Below, in pieces: positions 7,949 through 16,154 of a stretch of 60,101 bases of DNA (position 1 is the first letter of the stretch; each line of letters opens with the position of its first letter). A model generated the notes under the pieces. The model was not told the origin of the DNA. It worked only from the letters and a program-made list of their open reading frames with translations, and made no database searches. A program made the translations under genes and the position numbers. Source of the DNA: a virus (Duplodnaviria; Caudoviricetes); the IMG/VR virus record IMGVR_UViG_3300020430_000017, positions 1 to 60,101 of that record, one strand, 5' to 3'.

Positions 7949-8403
7949 GATACCAACTCCAGATCACGGGTGGCAATGTATGAGTCGCTACGGTCAATGC
8001 CGATCCAGTCGATGCAGACGCTATCACTAGCCTCTTTAGTAACCATGCCAGTCAAGCCAGCAAAGCCCCAACGCTGAGCGCGCTTGCTCTGCTTGCCGCG
8101 CACAAGCTGACCAGCCTTGAACTTGCAGGGTGGCGGCTTCATCGAGTGAAGCAGTTGTGTCAGGTTGTCGCGGAATGATCCTGCGTGATAGTCAGTATAC
8201 ATACAGCTTTCGTCACCGACCCGACGACGGTGCCAGTTGCAAGCATCAGCTTCCATAGCATCGGCATCCATGCCGCCGCGATGACCATTCGCAAGGAACG
8301 AACCTACTTCATTCTCATACTGGAACCAGTATCGGCATCCGTCATACTGGACCTTAACGCCAAGGTACTTCTCGATCTTCTTGATTGCTTTTCCGACTTT
8401 CAT
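7945..8403 (-). CDS. hypothetical protein with C-terminal SH3/KOW-like domain
   Basis: FKAGQLVRG...TGMVT...IDW...DLELVS. Confidence 0.7.
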   Translation of the reverse strand: MKVGKAIKKIEKYLGVKVQYDGCRYWFQYENEVGSFLANGHRGGMDADAMEADACNWHRRRVGDESCMYTDYHAGSFRDNLTQLLHSMKPPPCKFKAGQLVRGKQSKRAQRWGFAGLTGMVTKEASDSVCIDWIGIDRSDSYIATRDLELVS

Positions 8404-8434
8404 ATATGTCCTCTCTATCAGTTGGTGACATTAG

Positions 8435-8491
8435 TTAGACGTACAACTTTCAGATTTATTCAAAGAAAGTTCAAAAAAGTTGATATTTTTT
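8435..8491 (-). promoter_or_regulatory. ECF-like promoter, copy 7
   Basis: TTGAATA-N15-CGTCTAA; dyad 8473-8491. Confidence 0.75.
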
Positions 8492-8704
8492 CGGAGGCTC
8501 CACAACGATCAGTGCGCCAAGGTTATAGTCGGACTCTTCATAAGCCGCAAGCTCATAGCGGGTCAGCACTTGCCTGACCAAATCTTTCATTCGTCGCGAG
8601 TTGCCAGTGATAATCTTGAAAGGAGTTTCATTTTTCCAAGCAAAATCAAGTACTTGCGACTCCACATCCTCATGCTTTACGCCATGCAAATCAAGCGTCT
8701 GCAT
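8471..8704 (-). CDS. stand-alone Smr-domain protein
   Basis: LDLHG...IITGNS...NLGALIV. Confidence 0.8.
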   Translation of the reverse strand: MQTLDLHGVKHEDVESQVLDFAWKNETPFKIITGNSRRMKDLVRQVLTRYELAAYEESDYNLGALIVVEPPKKYQLF

Positions 8705-8921
8705 GGATCACTTCCAAATCTCTTATGGGCAATCTGAGGATCTGCCCATCGAGCAGCACCTCCGCAAAGGATTCCTTCGGTGCCTTTGACCAATCAATCT
8801 TCTTGCCTCTCTCAGAGGTATTCCACAGCTTGTGCTGAAATACCCGCTTGACCAAGCCCACGGTATCGGGACGTTGCCGACCCACCATAGCTTTCCACCT
8901 TACCAAGTCACCCACTTTCAT
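8691..8921 (-). CDS. small SH3/KOW-like protein
   Basis: MKVGDLVRWK...VGLVKRV...DLEVI. Confidence 0.7.
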   Translation of the reverse strand: MKVGDLVRWKAMVGRQRPDTVGLVKRVFQHKLWNTSERGKKIDWSKAPKESFAEVLLDGQILRLPIRDLEVIHADA

Positions 8922-9781
8922 TCTGGCTCTCCTATCATCAAAATCTCGACTGCTTTCTTTGCAGTGAATGTCCCATCATCATGCTTCTTCCTGCGACCGG
9001 CTGTGTACGTGGTATCAAACTTTACTAAATGATTGCTACCTGTCCGATCCTCAAAGAAATTGTCACCCACATCGCGGTTGGACATAAGAACATAAGCTCC
9101 TAACTCCTTAGAATCATTGAGGAAATCAATCACTTGTTGCTGCAGCCCATCATCAAAGTCAACGCCATACTGAGTGAACGAACCACGATACGGAGGGTCG
9201 AGGAAAACGTAAGAACCACGCTGGATATGGGATAGTGTGTCATTAAAGTCACCGGATAGCAGTGTGCAGCTTTGTAGCGCAGCATGCCATTCCATCACAT
9301 TGTCACGATCATAAACCTTGTCCTTCTGGTTCAACAGACCGCACGGTGTTCCAAAGCGACCGTTGGTGTTCTGGTTGATCTGCCAGATACCATTGAATCC
9401 TGTTTTCATTAGAAAGTACAGTGTTGCAGTCTCCTGAATATCTCCCCACTTGTCGAACTCATACGCATGCTCATTACGCAAAGCATAATAAAACTCCTTT
9501 CGACCGGGCTTATCAAGCGATAGGTAACGTTCCGACAGGCAATCAAGGTGCTCTGTGAACTCTTCAACGTCATCGCGCACCGCTGAATAGATACGCATGA
9601 TAGATTCATTTGAGTCATTCAGCACAAATTCAGCATCAGGATTCTTCTGATATGCCCAAACGAACATAGCACCAGCACCGACAAACGGTTCGACATAATG
9701 ATCGAACGTGTCTGGTAGATACTCGGTGTACTTTTTAATCATGCGAGTCTTACCACCCGCCCACATAAACAATGGCTTCAT
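8918..9781 (-). CDS. DNA adenine methyltransferase (Dam/D12 class)
   Basis: WAGGK, YVEPFVGAGA, VLND, FLDPPY. Confidence 0.92.
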   Translation of the reverse strand: MKPLFMWAGGKTRMIKKYTEYLPDTFDHYVEPFVGAGAMFVWAYQKNPDAEFVLNDSNESIMRIYSAVRDDVEEFTEHLDCLSERYLSLDKPGRKEFYYALRNEHAYEFDKWGDIQETATLYFLMKTGFNGIWQINQNTNGRFGTPCGLLNQKDKVYDRDNVMEWHAALQSCTLLSGDFNDTLSHIQRGSYVFLDPPYRGSFTQYGVDFDDGLQQQVIDFLNDSKELGAYVLMSNRDVGDNFFEDRTGSNHLVKFDTTYTAGRRKKHDDGTFTAKKAVEILMIGEPE

Positions 9782-10302
9782 ACAATCTCCATGATCTTGC
9801 CAGCAACGTCATCAATGTTCGCAAAATCAGGTTCCATTATCGCATAGTTTGAATCTTCAAGCAAGAGATTTATTTCGTCTTGATACTTTTGCCCTTGGAA
9901 CGTGTGTCCTGAGAACACAAGAAAGAACGGTTCCTCTACCAGCGTGGGATCGTCGCGGCGCACTCGTCGTTTTAGCGACTCGGACAGATACTTGTAAACT
10001 CGCTCATGAGCGTTGCCGCCATTGTTGCCAGTTTTCTTTTCGATGTAAAGGCACTTACCGGTAACCTTATTAATTACCTTTAGGTCGAGCACGATACCGC
10101 GACCCTCGGAATAGACCTGCAGCTTTGGCGGCTTGGTTACAACCTCATAATGCGCTGGCAGCGCGCTGCTCAGAATGGTGGCAAATGCATTCTCACCGCC
10201 CATGCCAGTCTTAGCAGCCTGATCTTGCCACTTCTTGCGGTCAGACAGAGCGCTGTGGTGGCTCCAATAGTTACGGTCGCTCGGATAATCGTGATAACTC
10301 AA
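9778..10302 (-). CDS. MunI/EcoRI-like type II restriction endonuclease
   Basis: LD-x13-EKK catalytic pattern followed by GNAHER; overlaps the methylase start. Confidence 0.7.
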   Translation of the reverse strand: MSYHDYPSDRNYWSHHSALSDRKKWQDQAAKTGMGGENAFATILSSALPAHYEVVTKPPKLQVYSEGRGIVLDLKVINKVTGKCLYIEKKTGNNGGNAHERVYKYLSESLKRRVRRDDPTLVEEPFFLVFSGHTFQGQKYQDEINLLLEDSNYAIMEPDFANIDDVAGKIMEIV

Positions 10303-10520
10303 TCTTCTTCCTCTCCCAAGTTTAATGTTTCTTCATGCACTGTCAACAGTTCGCCAGTTTGAAGCAAGCTGATTACCCAGCCCTTTTCAAAGCTGGGTCC
10401 GTCTTTCTGATATTCTTCTGGTGTTTGTGCGACTGCTTCAACATCGCACTCATCCAAAATCAACGCTGGACCTTGATCTAGCCAGTTATAAACTCTGCCA
10501 ACCTTAATCGTCTTATCCAC
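10299..10520 (-). CDS. small SH3/KOW-like protein
   Basis: IKVGRVYNW... Confidence 0.55.
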   Translation of the reverse strand: MDKTIKVGRVYNWLDQGPALILDECDVEAVAQTPEEYQKDGPSFEKGWVISLLQTGELLTVHEETLNLGEEED

Positions 10521-10851
10521 TTACGGGCTCCATGTTACGCCATGCTTCCGGCGCGACCTTCATTTTCTTACCAGCGAAAGTCACATATGCTTCGTGCCTC
10601 GCTTCGTAGGTACTGGCACTCAACTTGTCTTGTCTTGCAACCTTGCCCAAGTAGATAATCGGACTATCAAACAGTTTTCCACTTGATAGGCGTCTGAAGC
10701 GATGTCTATGATTTGCCCTGCGGCACTCCAATTGCTGATATGTTCCGTCGCCTACATAGTGTGCAGCAGACCAGACCGAAAAGTAAAACCCTTGCTTCGG
10801 TCTGATCATCATACCTTCTTTTAGTTCACTCACTCTCATTAGCAACCTCAC
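10513..10851 (-). CDS. hypothetical protein (SH3-like)
   Basis: ELKEGMMIRP...IYLG; true start probably 15-18 nt inside the ORF. Confidence 0.6.
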   Translation of the reverse strand: MRLLMRVSELKEGMMIRPKQGFYFSVWSAAHYVGDGTYQQLECRRANHRHRFRRLSSGKLFDSPIIYLGKVARQDKLSASTYEARHEAYVTFAGKKMKVAPEAWRNMEPVSG

Positions 10852-11047
10852 TTAGAAACTTCAAATCCTGATGTATAAATGTGGACTCGCTCACGTAACG
10901 CCCGCCAAAGTTGACAGGCGGCGTCCATGCAACTTTATAGCACGGCATGTTCTTGAACATTACGCTTTCATTCACTTCAGTGATGATGCCCCTGCGACCA
11001 TGGAAGTCACTAAACGCGCCAGTATACTCCACCATGCTGCCGATCAT
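10826..11047 (-). CDS. small SH3/KOW-like protein
   Basis: MIGSMVEY...RGIITEV...KVAW...DLKFLS. Confidence 0.65.
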   Translation of the reverse strand: MIGSMVEYTGAFSDFHGRRGIITEVNESVMFKNMPCYKVAWTPPVNFGGRYVSESTFIHQDLKFLSEVANESE

Positions 11048-11346
11048 GACGCACCCCACAAATCAGGAATGCCCTCGGGTAACTCACCTTCGACCATGCC
11101 GCCATGCCTTGCGATGACCGCAAGGATCACATCACGCGGCACCCATGCGTACACAGTGCCAGTCGGATCGGTAGGATCTTCTGCCCACTGCCTCAACATA
11201 GGTTCTTCACGGTTCGGGAACCCAATCTCAGCCGACGTGTACGGTCCTGTATCGTTACGCGGGTCGCAGTATGCGCCCTGATTTGCTTGTACTGACATGC
11301 GGAAACCATCAGCACACACAACTGTTTCATTCTTCTTCTTGAACAT
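11044..11346 (-). CDS. conserved phage hypothetical protein
   Basis: CADGFRMSVQA...YCDPR...EIGFP...VYAWVP...HGG. Confidence 0.75.
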   Translation of the reverse strand: MFKKKNETVVCADGFRMSVQANQGAYCDPRNDTGPYTSAEIGFPNREEPMLRQWAEDPTDPTGTVYAWVPRDVILAVIARHGGMVEGELPEGIPDLWGAS

Positions 11347-11557
11347 TCATTCTCTCCAAAAACATTTCATGGATTCTCATATGATGCCCATTCAACATCT
11401 TAACATTATAAATGGACGTAAACTTTCTCTTAGGGTCAACGTTTGTGCCGGTAGCACTCCACTCGGACAGCACCAGCGCAAAGCGTTTGTCTCCCATTCC
11501 TTCCTCATGCACGCCGTCTTTGATCCTTACCAGATCACCGGGCTGGAACTTGCTCAC
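11327..11557 (-). CDS. small SH3/KOW-like protein
   Basis: FQPGDLVRIK...FLERM. Confidence 0.7.
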   Translation of the reverse strand: MSKFQPGDLVRIKDGVHEEGMGDKRFALVLSEWSATGTNVDPKRKFTSIYNVKMLNGHHMRIHEMFLERMNVQEEE

Positions 11558-11796
11558 TTTTCTGCCTTTATGACTGTGCAGTCTGCCACGTTGAGCAGCC
11601 TGACTGCATTCCAGTCGTTCAATGGTCGAACCTTCACAATGCTACCAACAGAGATCTCGACAACCAAACCGTGTTCCGGCTCCATCGACTCTTCACATAG
11701 CGCGTCAGGCTTCCACACATCATAGCACACCATGTCGCCGACCTTAACTTTTTTTGATGTCGAAAGGTTATTAATATGTGGTCTAGCTGGTTTCAT
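11554..11796 (-). CDS. small SH3/KOW-like protein
   Basis: VKVGDMVCY...HGLVVEI. Confidence 0.65.
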   Translation of the reverse strand: MKPARPHINNLSTSKKVKVGDMVCYDVWKPDALCEESMEPEHGLVVEISVGSIVKVRPLNDWNAVRLLNVADCTVIKAEK

Positions 11797-12064
11797 TGGG
11801 ACTCAACAATCTCACGTTATGCGAGTGAATGTTATAGTATGACCGACCGTTAGACAAGACCTTAAGGATCTGGTAGTATGGTGATGCACCGGCTGGCATG
11901 CCTCCACCATTTGACGTTAGCTTTACGCAGTGCCAATCTGATGCCTTTAGTACAACCGCTTGACCGACAGGACACTGAACGAACATGCGGTCGTCAGCGT
12001 TTACAACCTCGATGAGATCGCCTGTACGGTAAGCACGGTCAAGTTTGCGAATCGGAGTGCTCAT
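11783..12064 (-). CDS. small SH3/KOW-like protein
   Basis: YRTGDLIEVV...NVRLLS. Confidence 0.6.
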   Translation of the reverse strand: MSTPIRKLDRAYRTGDLIEVVNADDRMFVQCPVGQAVVLKASDWHCVKLTSNGGGMPAGASPYYQILKVLSNGRSYYNIHSHNVRLLSPNETS

Positions 12065-12294
12065 GCCTCTCCAGTAACCAAGCCGTCAATTTGCTTGACT
12101 GATTGGCTCAAGAAACTCTCAATGAGAAATCGATCTGCAAGCGATTGTGGGTCATCCTTTCCCTCCAGCGCGGCAAGTTTCTCTGCCATACTGAACCACA
12201 TCGAGGATTGCACACAGTTCTCACCGAACTCTGCAGCCTCTACATGGGCTTGCTCAAAAGGTGTAAGTTTAATGTCACGTACTTGGCTAGTCAT
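12061..12294 (-). CDS. hypothetical protein
   Basis: AAGGAGAG RBS, ATGA overlap. Confidence 0.65.
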   Translation of the reverse strand: MTSQVRDIKLTPFEQAHVEAAEFGENCVQSSMWFSMAEKLAALEGKDDPQSLADRFLIESFLSQSVKQIDGLVTGEA

Positions 12295-12303
12295 GTTCTC
12301 TCC

Positions 12304-12657
12304 TTAGCTAGCGTAGCGGATACCATAATTGGTAGTGGCATTCATGCCGTTAGAACTATCGCAGACGTTACCGCGAATAGCAGATGGACCTTTGGTGTTG
12401 GGTGCCTTCCAAGTTGCAGGCTTGAAGATAGCACCGTCAGACTTACGAACAAAGCCGTACACAGAACAGTTGATACCCAAGCCCTCACCCTCTTCACGCA
12501 CCACCTTCCAGTACACGCGACCCGGATGAACCGTGATCTTAGGGGGCTTAAGGTTTGAATAGTTAGTTGAGTAATACTCATTGACCTTTTGTTGAACCTT
12601 CTTTACAAAGGTTTCAAAGGCATATTCGATTTCGACTTGACTACGTTGAGTGTCCAT
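12304..12657 (-). CDS. conserved phage hypothetical protein
   Basis: GRVYWKV...SVYGFV...GAIFKPATWKAP...RGNV; start set at the AAGGAG-preceded ATG. Confidence 0.75.
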   Translation of the reverse strand: MDTQRSQVEIEYAFETFVKKVQQKVNEYYSTNYSNLKPPKITVHPGRVYWKVVREEGEGLGINCSVYGFVRKSDGAIFKPATWKAPNTKGPSAIRGNVCDSSNGMNATTNYGIRYAS

Positions 12658-12685
12658 ATAGTTCTCCTTTTTGATGCTCACTACG

Positions 12686-12715
12686 TTAGACGTACAGGGG
12701 TCGAGTTTTATTCAA
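12686..12715 (-). promoter_or_regulatory. ECF-like promoter, copy 8
   Basis: TTGAATA-N16-CGTCTAA. Confidence 0.8.
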
Positions 12716-12731
12716 AGAAAAGTGAAGTTTT

Positions 12732-13025
12732 TTAATAATCGTCTGAAAGCGTGCTGTTAAGGACATAATCAATGTAGTCCTCTGGGCATTTCATGATGAT
12801 AAATCGCCAACCCATCCATTTAGAATCCCACAACTCATTCAACAGGGGTTCATCGAGGGGAGCACTCGGGTTCTCTACCTCAAGCCACAGCACCAAGTGT
12901 GTACCTCCGTCGTCGCTCTCAAACTTAACGTCAAATCGTCCGTCCCAAATGCCCGCAACGTGCTTGCGAAGTGCGCGTTCTGCCTCATCCTTTGGTGACT
13001 TTTCCCCCAGTGCGAATTTAGCCAT
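12732..13025 (-). CDS. hypothetical protein
   Basis: AGGAGAGAG RBS; ACTACTTA at 13052-13059. Confidence 0.7.
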   Translation of the reverse strand: MAKFALGEKSPKDEAERALRKHVAGIWDGRFDVKFESDDGGTHLVLWLEVENPSAPLDEPLLNELWDSKWMGWRFIIMKCPEDYIDYVLNSTLSDDY

Positions 13026-13061
13026 GTCTCTCTCCTATGGTTGGCTATAAGTAAGTAGTTT

Positions 13062-13517
13062 CTAAAACGGAACTTGAAGGTCACCGGGAGCAGAAGTTAG
13101 CGGAAACATGGTCCACGCTTGCGGGCTCCACACTGCGGCTTCGGGGATGGTTTCTTTAGCGAGTCTAACGTGGTTTACAATTTCCTCCATTGATGGGCAT
13201 GCTGGGTCAAAATAATGTTTGCAAAGATAATCATAGTTATAGTCAACAATAATAAGAGCGCCGCCGATGTTGAGCCCTATCTGTACCCAGTTCGACAGTA
13301 ACCACAGGCGACTGCCATTAGCGACAAACGATTCAGAACGACTCTGGATGCGCTCATGGTCAGGGTGAGGCTGGTAGGCTTCGGGATATGGCGAGTATGG
13401 CGGCTGCGCTGAGTATCCCTCTGCCCATGCATTGATGACGCCACGAACCTTGTCGAGATCAGTATAATAATGATCTGGCACCGAACAGTGTTTTAGGTCC
13501 ACTCTAACCAGCGGCAT
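13062..13517 (-). CDS. hypothetical protein
   Basis: 151 aa, coupled to the upstream gene. Confidence 0.65.
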   Translation of the reverse strand: MPLVRVDLKHCSVPDHYYTDLDKVRGVINAWAEGYSAQPPYSPYPEAYQPHPDHERIQSRSESFVANGSRLWLLSNWVQIGLNIGGALIIVDYNYDYLCKHYFDPACPSMEEIVNHVRLAKETIPEAAVWSPQAWTMFPLTSAPGDLQVPF

Positions 13518-13903
13518 TATTTACGCCTCTTATCTGCGGCACCCAGCTTCTTAAAGAAGCGACCCTCATACCATTCGCCAGTTTCCACCTCACCCATTGA
13601 GGATAAGATGCTGTCACGTTCCCACGCGGCAAAGCCACTGTGTTTTCGCCCAAGGCTGCACATATCTTCGTAGGTCATCTTTATCATGTGGCGATACACG
13701 GGCATATGAATTGGCTTAGGTTTCAAGCCAGTGCGTAACCACTTAATACGAACGGAGTTCGCGTATTTTTTCGGCGCAGATGCCTCCCAAGGTTGGCTTG
13801 GTCGCCACAAATCCGCAGCTTCTACAACTAAACCCATAGTCTCGTATCCTCTTCCACCCACATTGTACCATACCAGATCGCCGATTGTCAATCGTTTTGT
13901 CAT
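13517..13903 (-). CDS. SH3/KOW-like protein
   Basis: LTIGDLVWY...MGLVVE...RIKW. Confidence 0.7.
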   Translation of the reverse strand: MTKRLTIGDLVWYNVGGRGYETMGLVVEAADLWRPSQPWEASAPKKYANSVRIKWLRTGLKPKPIHMPVYRHMIKMTYEDMCSLGRKHSGFAAWERDSILSSMGEVETGEWYEGRFFKKLGAADKRRK

Positions 13904-14163
13904 GTGCTCTCCTTTGGTCCCGCGCTTGACAGGACTTCAAATGAATACTTGGAAGTGTCTAAAATATGATACTCGCATGAGCGCGGTATGTAAACTACAA
14001 CGGTTGGCGATTCATCATTGGCAGTTTCGACAATGAGCCCGTAACAATAAACAGGTTGATGTGGCCATGCGTTGCCGGTATCGTCGGCAGTGTAAACAGC
14101 ATACGATATAACCCACCGAACGTAATCGCCGGGGTATAGCTTATGTTGCGCGCAATAAGTCAC
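13900..14163 (-). CDS. SH3/KOW-like protein
   Basis: LYPGDYVRW...YGLIVE...FEVLS. Confidence 0.65.
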   Translation of the reverse strand: MTYCAQHKLYPGDYVRWVISYAVYTADDTGNAWPHQPVYCYGLIVETANDESPTVVVYIPRSCEYHILDTSKYSFEVLSSAGPKEST

Positions 14164-14166
14164 ATA

Positions 14167-14298
14167 CTAACTAGACTGCTTTTTCCTCTCGGTGTCACGA
14201 ATCTTCTCGATACGCCTCATAACTTGTTCAACCATTTCTTTATTGTAAGCGGGATATGCCTCCCTTAGAAGCTCCCGCATGTAATCATACTTTGACAT
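14167..14298 (-). CDS. 43 aa hypothetical protein
   Basis: Not in the track. MSKYDYMRELLREAYP...; AAGGAGA RBS; follows ECF promoter 9. Confidence 0.6.
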   Translation of the reverse strand: MSKYDYMRELLREAYPAYNKEMVEQVMRRIEKIRDTERKKQSS

Positions 14299-14319
14299 TG
14301 TTTCTCCTTTGTCATCCAG

Positions 14320-14348
14320 TTGGACGTATAAGGTGTATCATTTATTCA
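14320..14348 (-). promoter_or_regulatory. ECF-like promoter, copy 9 (variant)
   Basis: TGAATA-N16-CGTCCAA. Confidence 0.6.
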
Positions 14349-14389
14349 TTTGAGAGAGGAAAATTTTCCGGCGAAGTTCCGCGCTGAGA

Positions 14390-15058
14390 TTATATTACCC
14401 TCGAATCTTTATCTTTGTTCTCAAACAGTGCGTCGATGCCGCTTTCTCCACTAATCCAATCGGCGGGCATGCCGAAATCGTATGATGGTGAAACTACCTC
14501 CCACCCATTAATCTTTAATGATGGCTCACTTAGTGTGTGCGGGACTGTCAAGTAAACCCGACGACCGACGTTAGATATTTGTTGGACTAAAACACTCCGC
14601 TCCCCACCATTGACATGATTCATGTTTTCCCATTCGTGCCTTAAGACCATCCACAACCCACCGCTTTCGGGATTATAGTGTCTATGGAGTCCGTGACGCT
14701 TCTTCATGCGAACCATGGCACCAATACCAAGACCAAGTAGCTTGATGTTTGCATAGTAGAGGCTGCGCCATGCAGCATTCTTCATCACTGCTGCCTCTCT
14801 ATCATGAGCCAACACCACGCATGTTCTACGGTTGTGACCTAACGTGTGACAGTATGTACAACTACGGGGCATTTTAGCACGTCGCGATGCGCTCTTTGAA
14901 ATAGAAACTTTATTAGCCTCATGCTCTTTGACTAACGGATGATCCTCACCGTGTGCTTCTTTGATGCGCTCAATGTCGGCGCGCAATTGTGGACATGTCT
15001 GTCGATTGTGCCCTTTCGTGTGACAATAACTACACACTACTGTTTTTCCGCTGCCCAT
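14390..15058 (-). CDS. tandem CCHC zinc-knuckle protein
   Basis: CSYCHTKGHNRQTC, CTYCHTLGHNRRTC, GLGIGAMV; paralog of 4085-4822. Confidence 0.8.
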   Translation of the reverse strand: MGSGKTVVCSYCHTKGHNRQTCPQLRADIERIKEAHGEDHPLVKEHEANKVSISKSASRRAKMPRSCTYCHTLGHNRRTCVVLAHDREAAVMKNAAWRSLYYANIKLLGLGIGAMVRMKKRHGLHRHYNPESGGLWMVLRHEWENMNHVNGGERSVLVQQISNVGRRVYLTVPHTLSEPSLKINGWEVVSPSYDFGMPADWISGESGIDALFENKDKDSRVI

Positions 15059-15114
15059 CCTTAATAATCCATTAGCTAATGTACACTAAGTAGTTTCCAA
15101 ATGATTCTTTATCC

Positions 15115-15360
15115 CTATTGCCTTTGTCTAATGATCTTATGCGTGTCTGCATATTTCTCATAGACTTCTTCAATAAACCAAGTGAAATGCTTGTTCTTCT
15201 TCCACGGGTACTGAACCTCATACGAACATGGCTTGTCGCCATATCTTTCTTTGAGCACTTCAATGTCACCGGGCATCAAAGTACCGGACAAATCATCGGG
15301 ATAAACCTCGACAATAATAATCTCTTGCCCTCTTGTGCTCTTTGCTGTCTTTCCCATCAT
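15115..15360 (-). CDS. hypothetical protein
   Basis: 81 aa, ATGA-coupled. Confidence 0.55.
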   Translation of the reverse strand: MMGKTAKSTRGQEIIIVEVYPDDLSGTLMPGDIEVLKERYGDKPCSYEVQYPWKKNKHFTWFIEEVYEKYADTHKIIRQRQ

Positions 15361-16151
15361 ACACCACCGGGTGGGGATGACTTGCTGCGCTTCATCTTGG
15401 GTTTAGTGTGCCCCTTGCCGCCGCCAGTCTCTTTGTTGTTGCCTTTTCCGATCAAGTCTTTCTTGTGACCTGCGTGTTGCCTTCTCATTCTAGTTTGAAA
15501 CTCTCCGTGATCCAATTCTGGATCTTTATCTTCGTCCATAGTCTCCGCATAGTTGACGAGGCGTGTGATCACATTGACCTCGGGATACTCTCTTTTCAAT
15601 TCATCAACCGCTGCAATGTTCTTAGGAGAGTCATCGAAAAACAAAACGTCGTTCATCCCAAGATTATTAATCTGGTCCTCGATCCATGCCTTCTTTGCAT
15701 ACGGATCGCTAGTACCCAGTGTAATCATTTCAAACATGTTTGCATCAATGTGAAGCACATCCTGTATGAAATCCATGATGTCGTTAGCTGCAGCGTCGGC
15801 GCGAGCGGTCAGGATTGCAATCTTTCTGCCTGCACCATCACGTATCTCTGCGTCTACAACCTTCTGCATGATTCGCGCAACCTGTTGAATCTGGCGAGGG
15901 TTAATAAGCGCATCGAACTCGCCAAAGTCGAACACCTCATCCTTTGCATTAATGTACTCACCCGTAGCAGGGTTCTGTTCGGGGATAGGTTCATACACTG
16001 CGTACTCGGCTGGCGTCAGTCTGAACTGTGTTCCATCTGCTCTGGTTACAATCACGTCTGCATCGGTAACAGCCAGCGTGTCATCAAAGTCGAACACCCT
16101 TAGCTTGGACTCATTAAGAAAATGATTCCATTTATCAAGATGCTTTTTCAT
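15357..16151 (-). CDS. HAD-superfamily phosphatase with putative capsid-targeting N-terminus
   Basis: FDFDDTL, ILTAR, K, FFDDSPKN; N-terminus MKKHLDKWNHFLNES. Confidence 0.8.
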   Translation of the reverse strand: MKKHLDKWNHFLNESKLRVFDFDDTLAVTDADVIVTRADGTQFRLTPAEYAVYEPIPEQNPATGEYINAKDEVFDFGEFDALINPRQIQQVARIMQKVVDAEIRDGAGRKIAILTARADAAANDIMDFIQDVLHIDANMFEMITLGTSDPYAKKAWIEDQINNLGMNDVLFFDDSPKNIAAVDELKREYPEVNVITRLVNYAETMDEDKDPELDHGEFQTRMRRQHAGHKKDLIGKGNNKETGGGKGHTKPKMKRSKSSPPGGV

Positions 16152-16154
16152 AGC

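Noticed and set aside
431-14348. Repeated intergenic motif as a CRISPR array or attC-type cassette site
   Set aside because: Copies are about 0.8-4 kb apart, bipartite with a variable spacer, and oriented before start codons. There is no cas or integrase gene. A promoter fits better.
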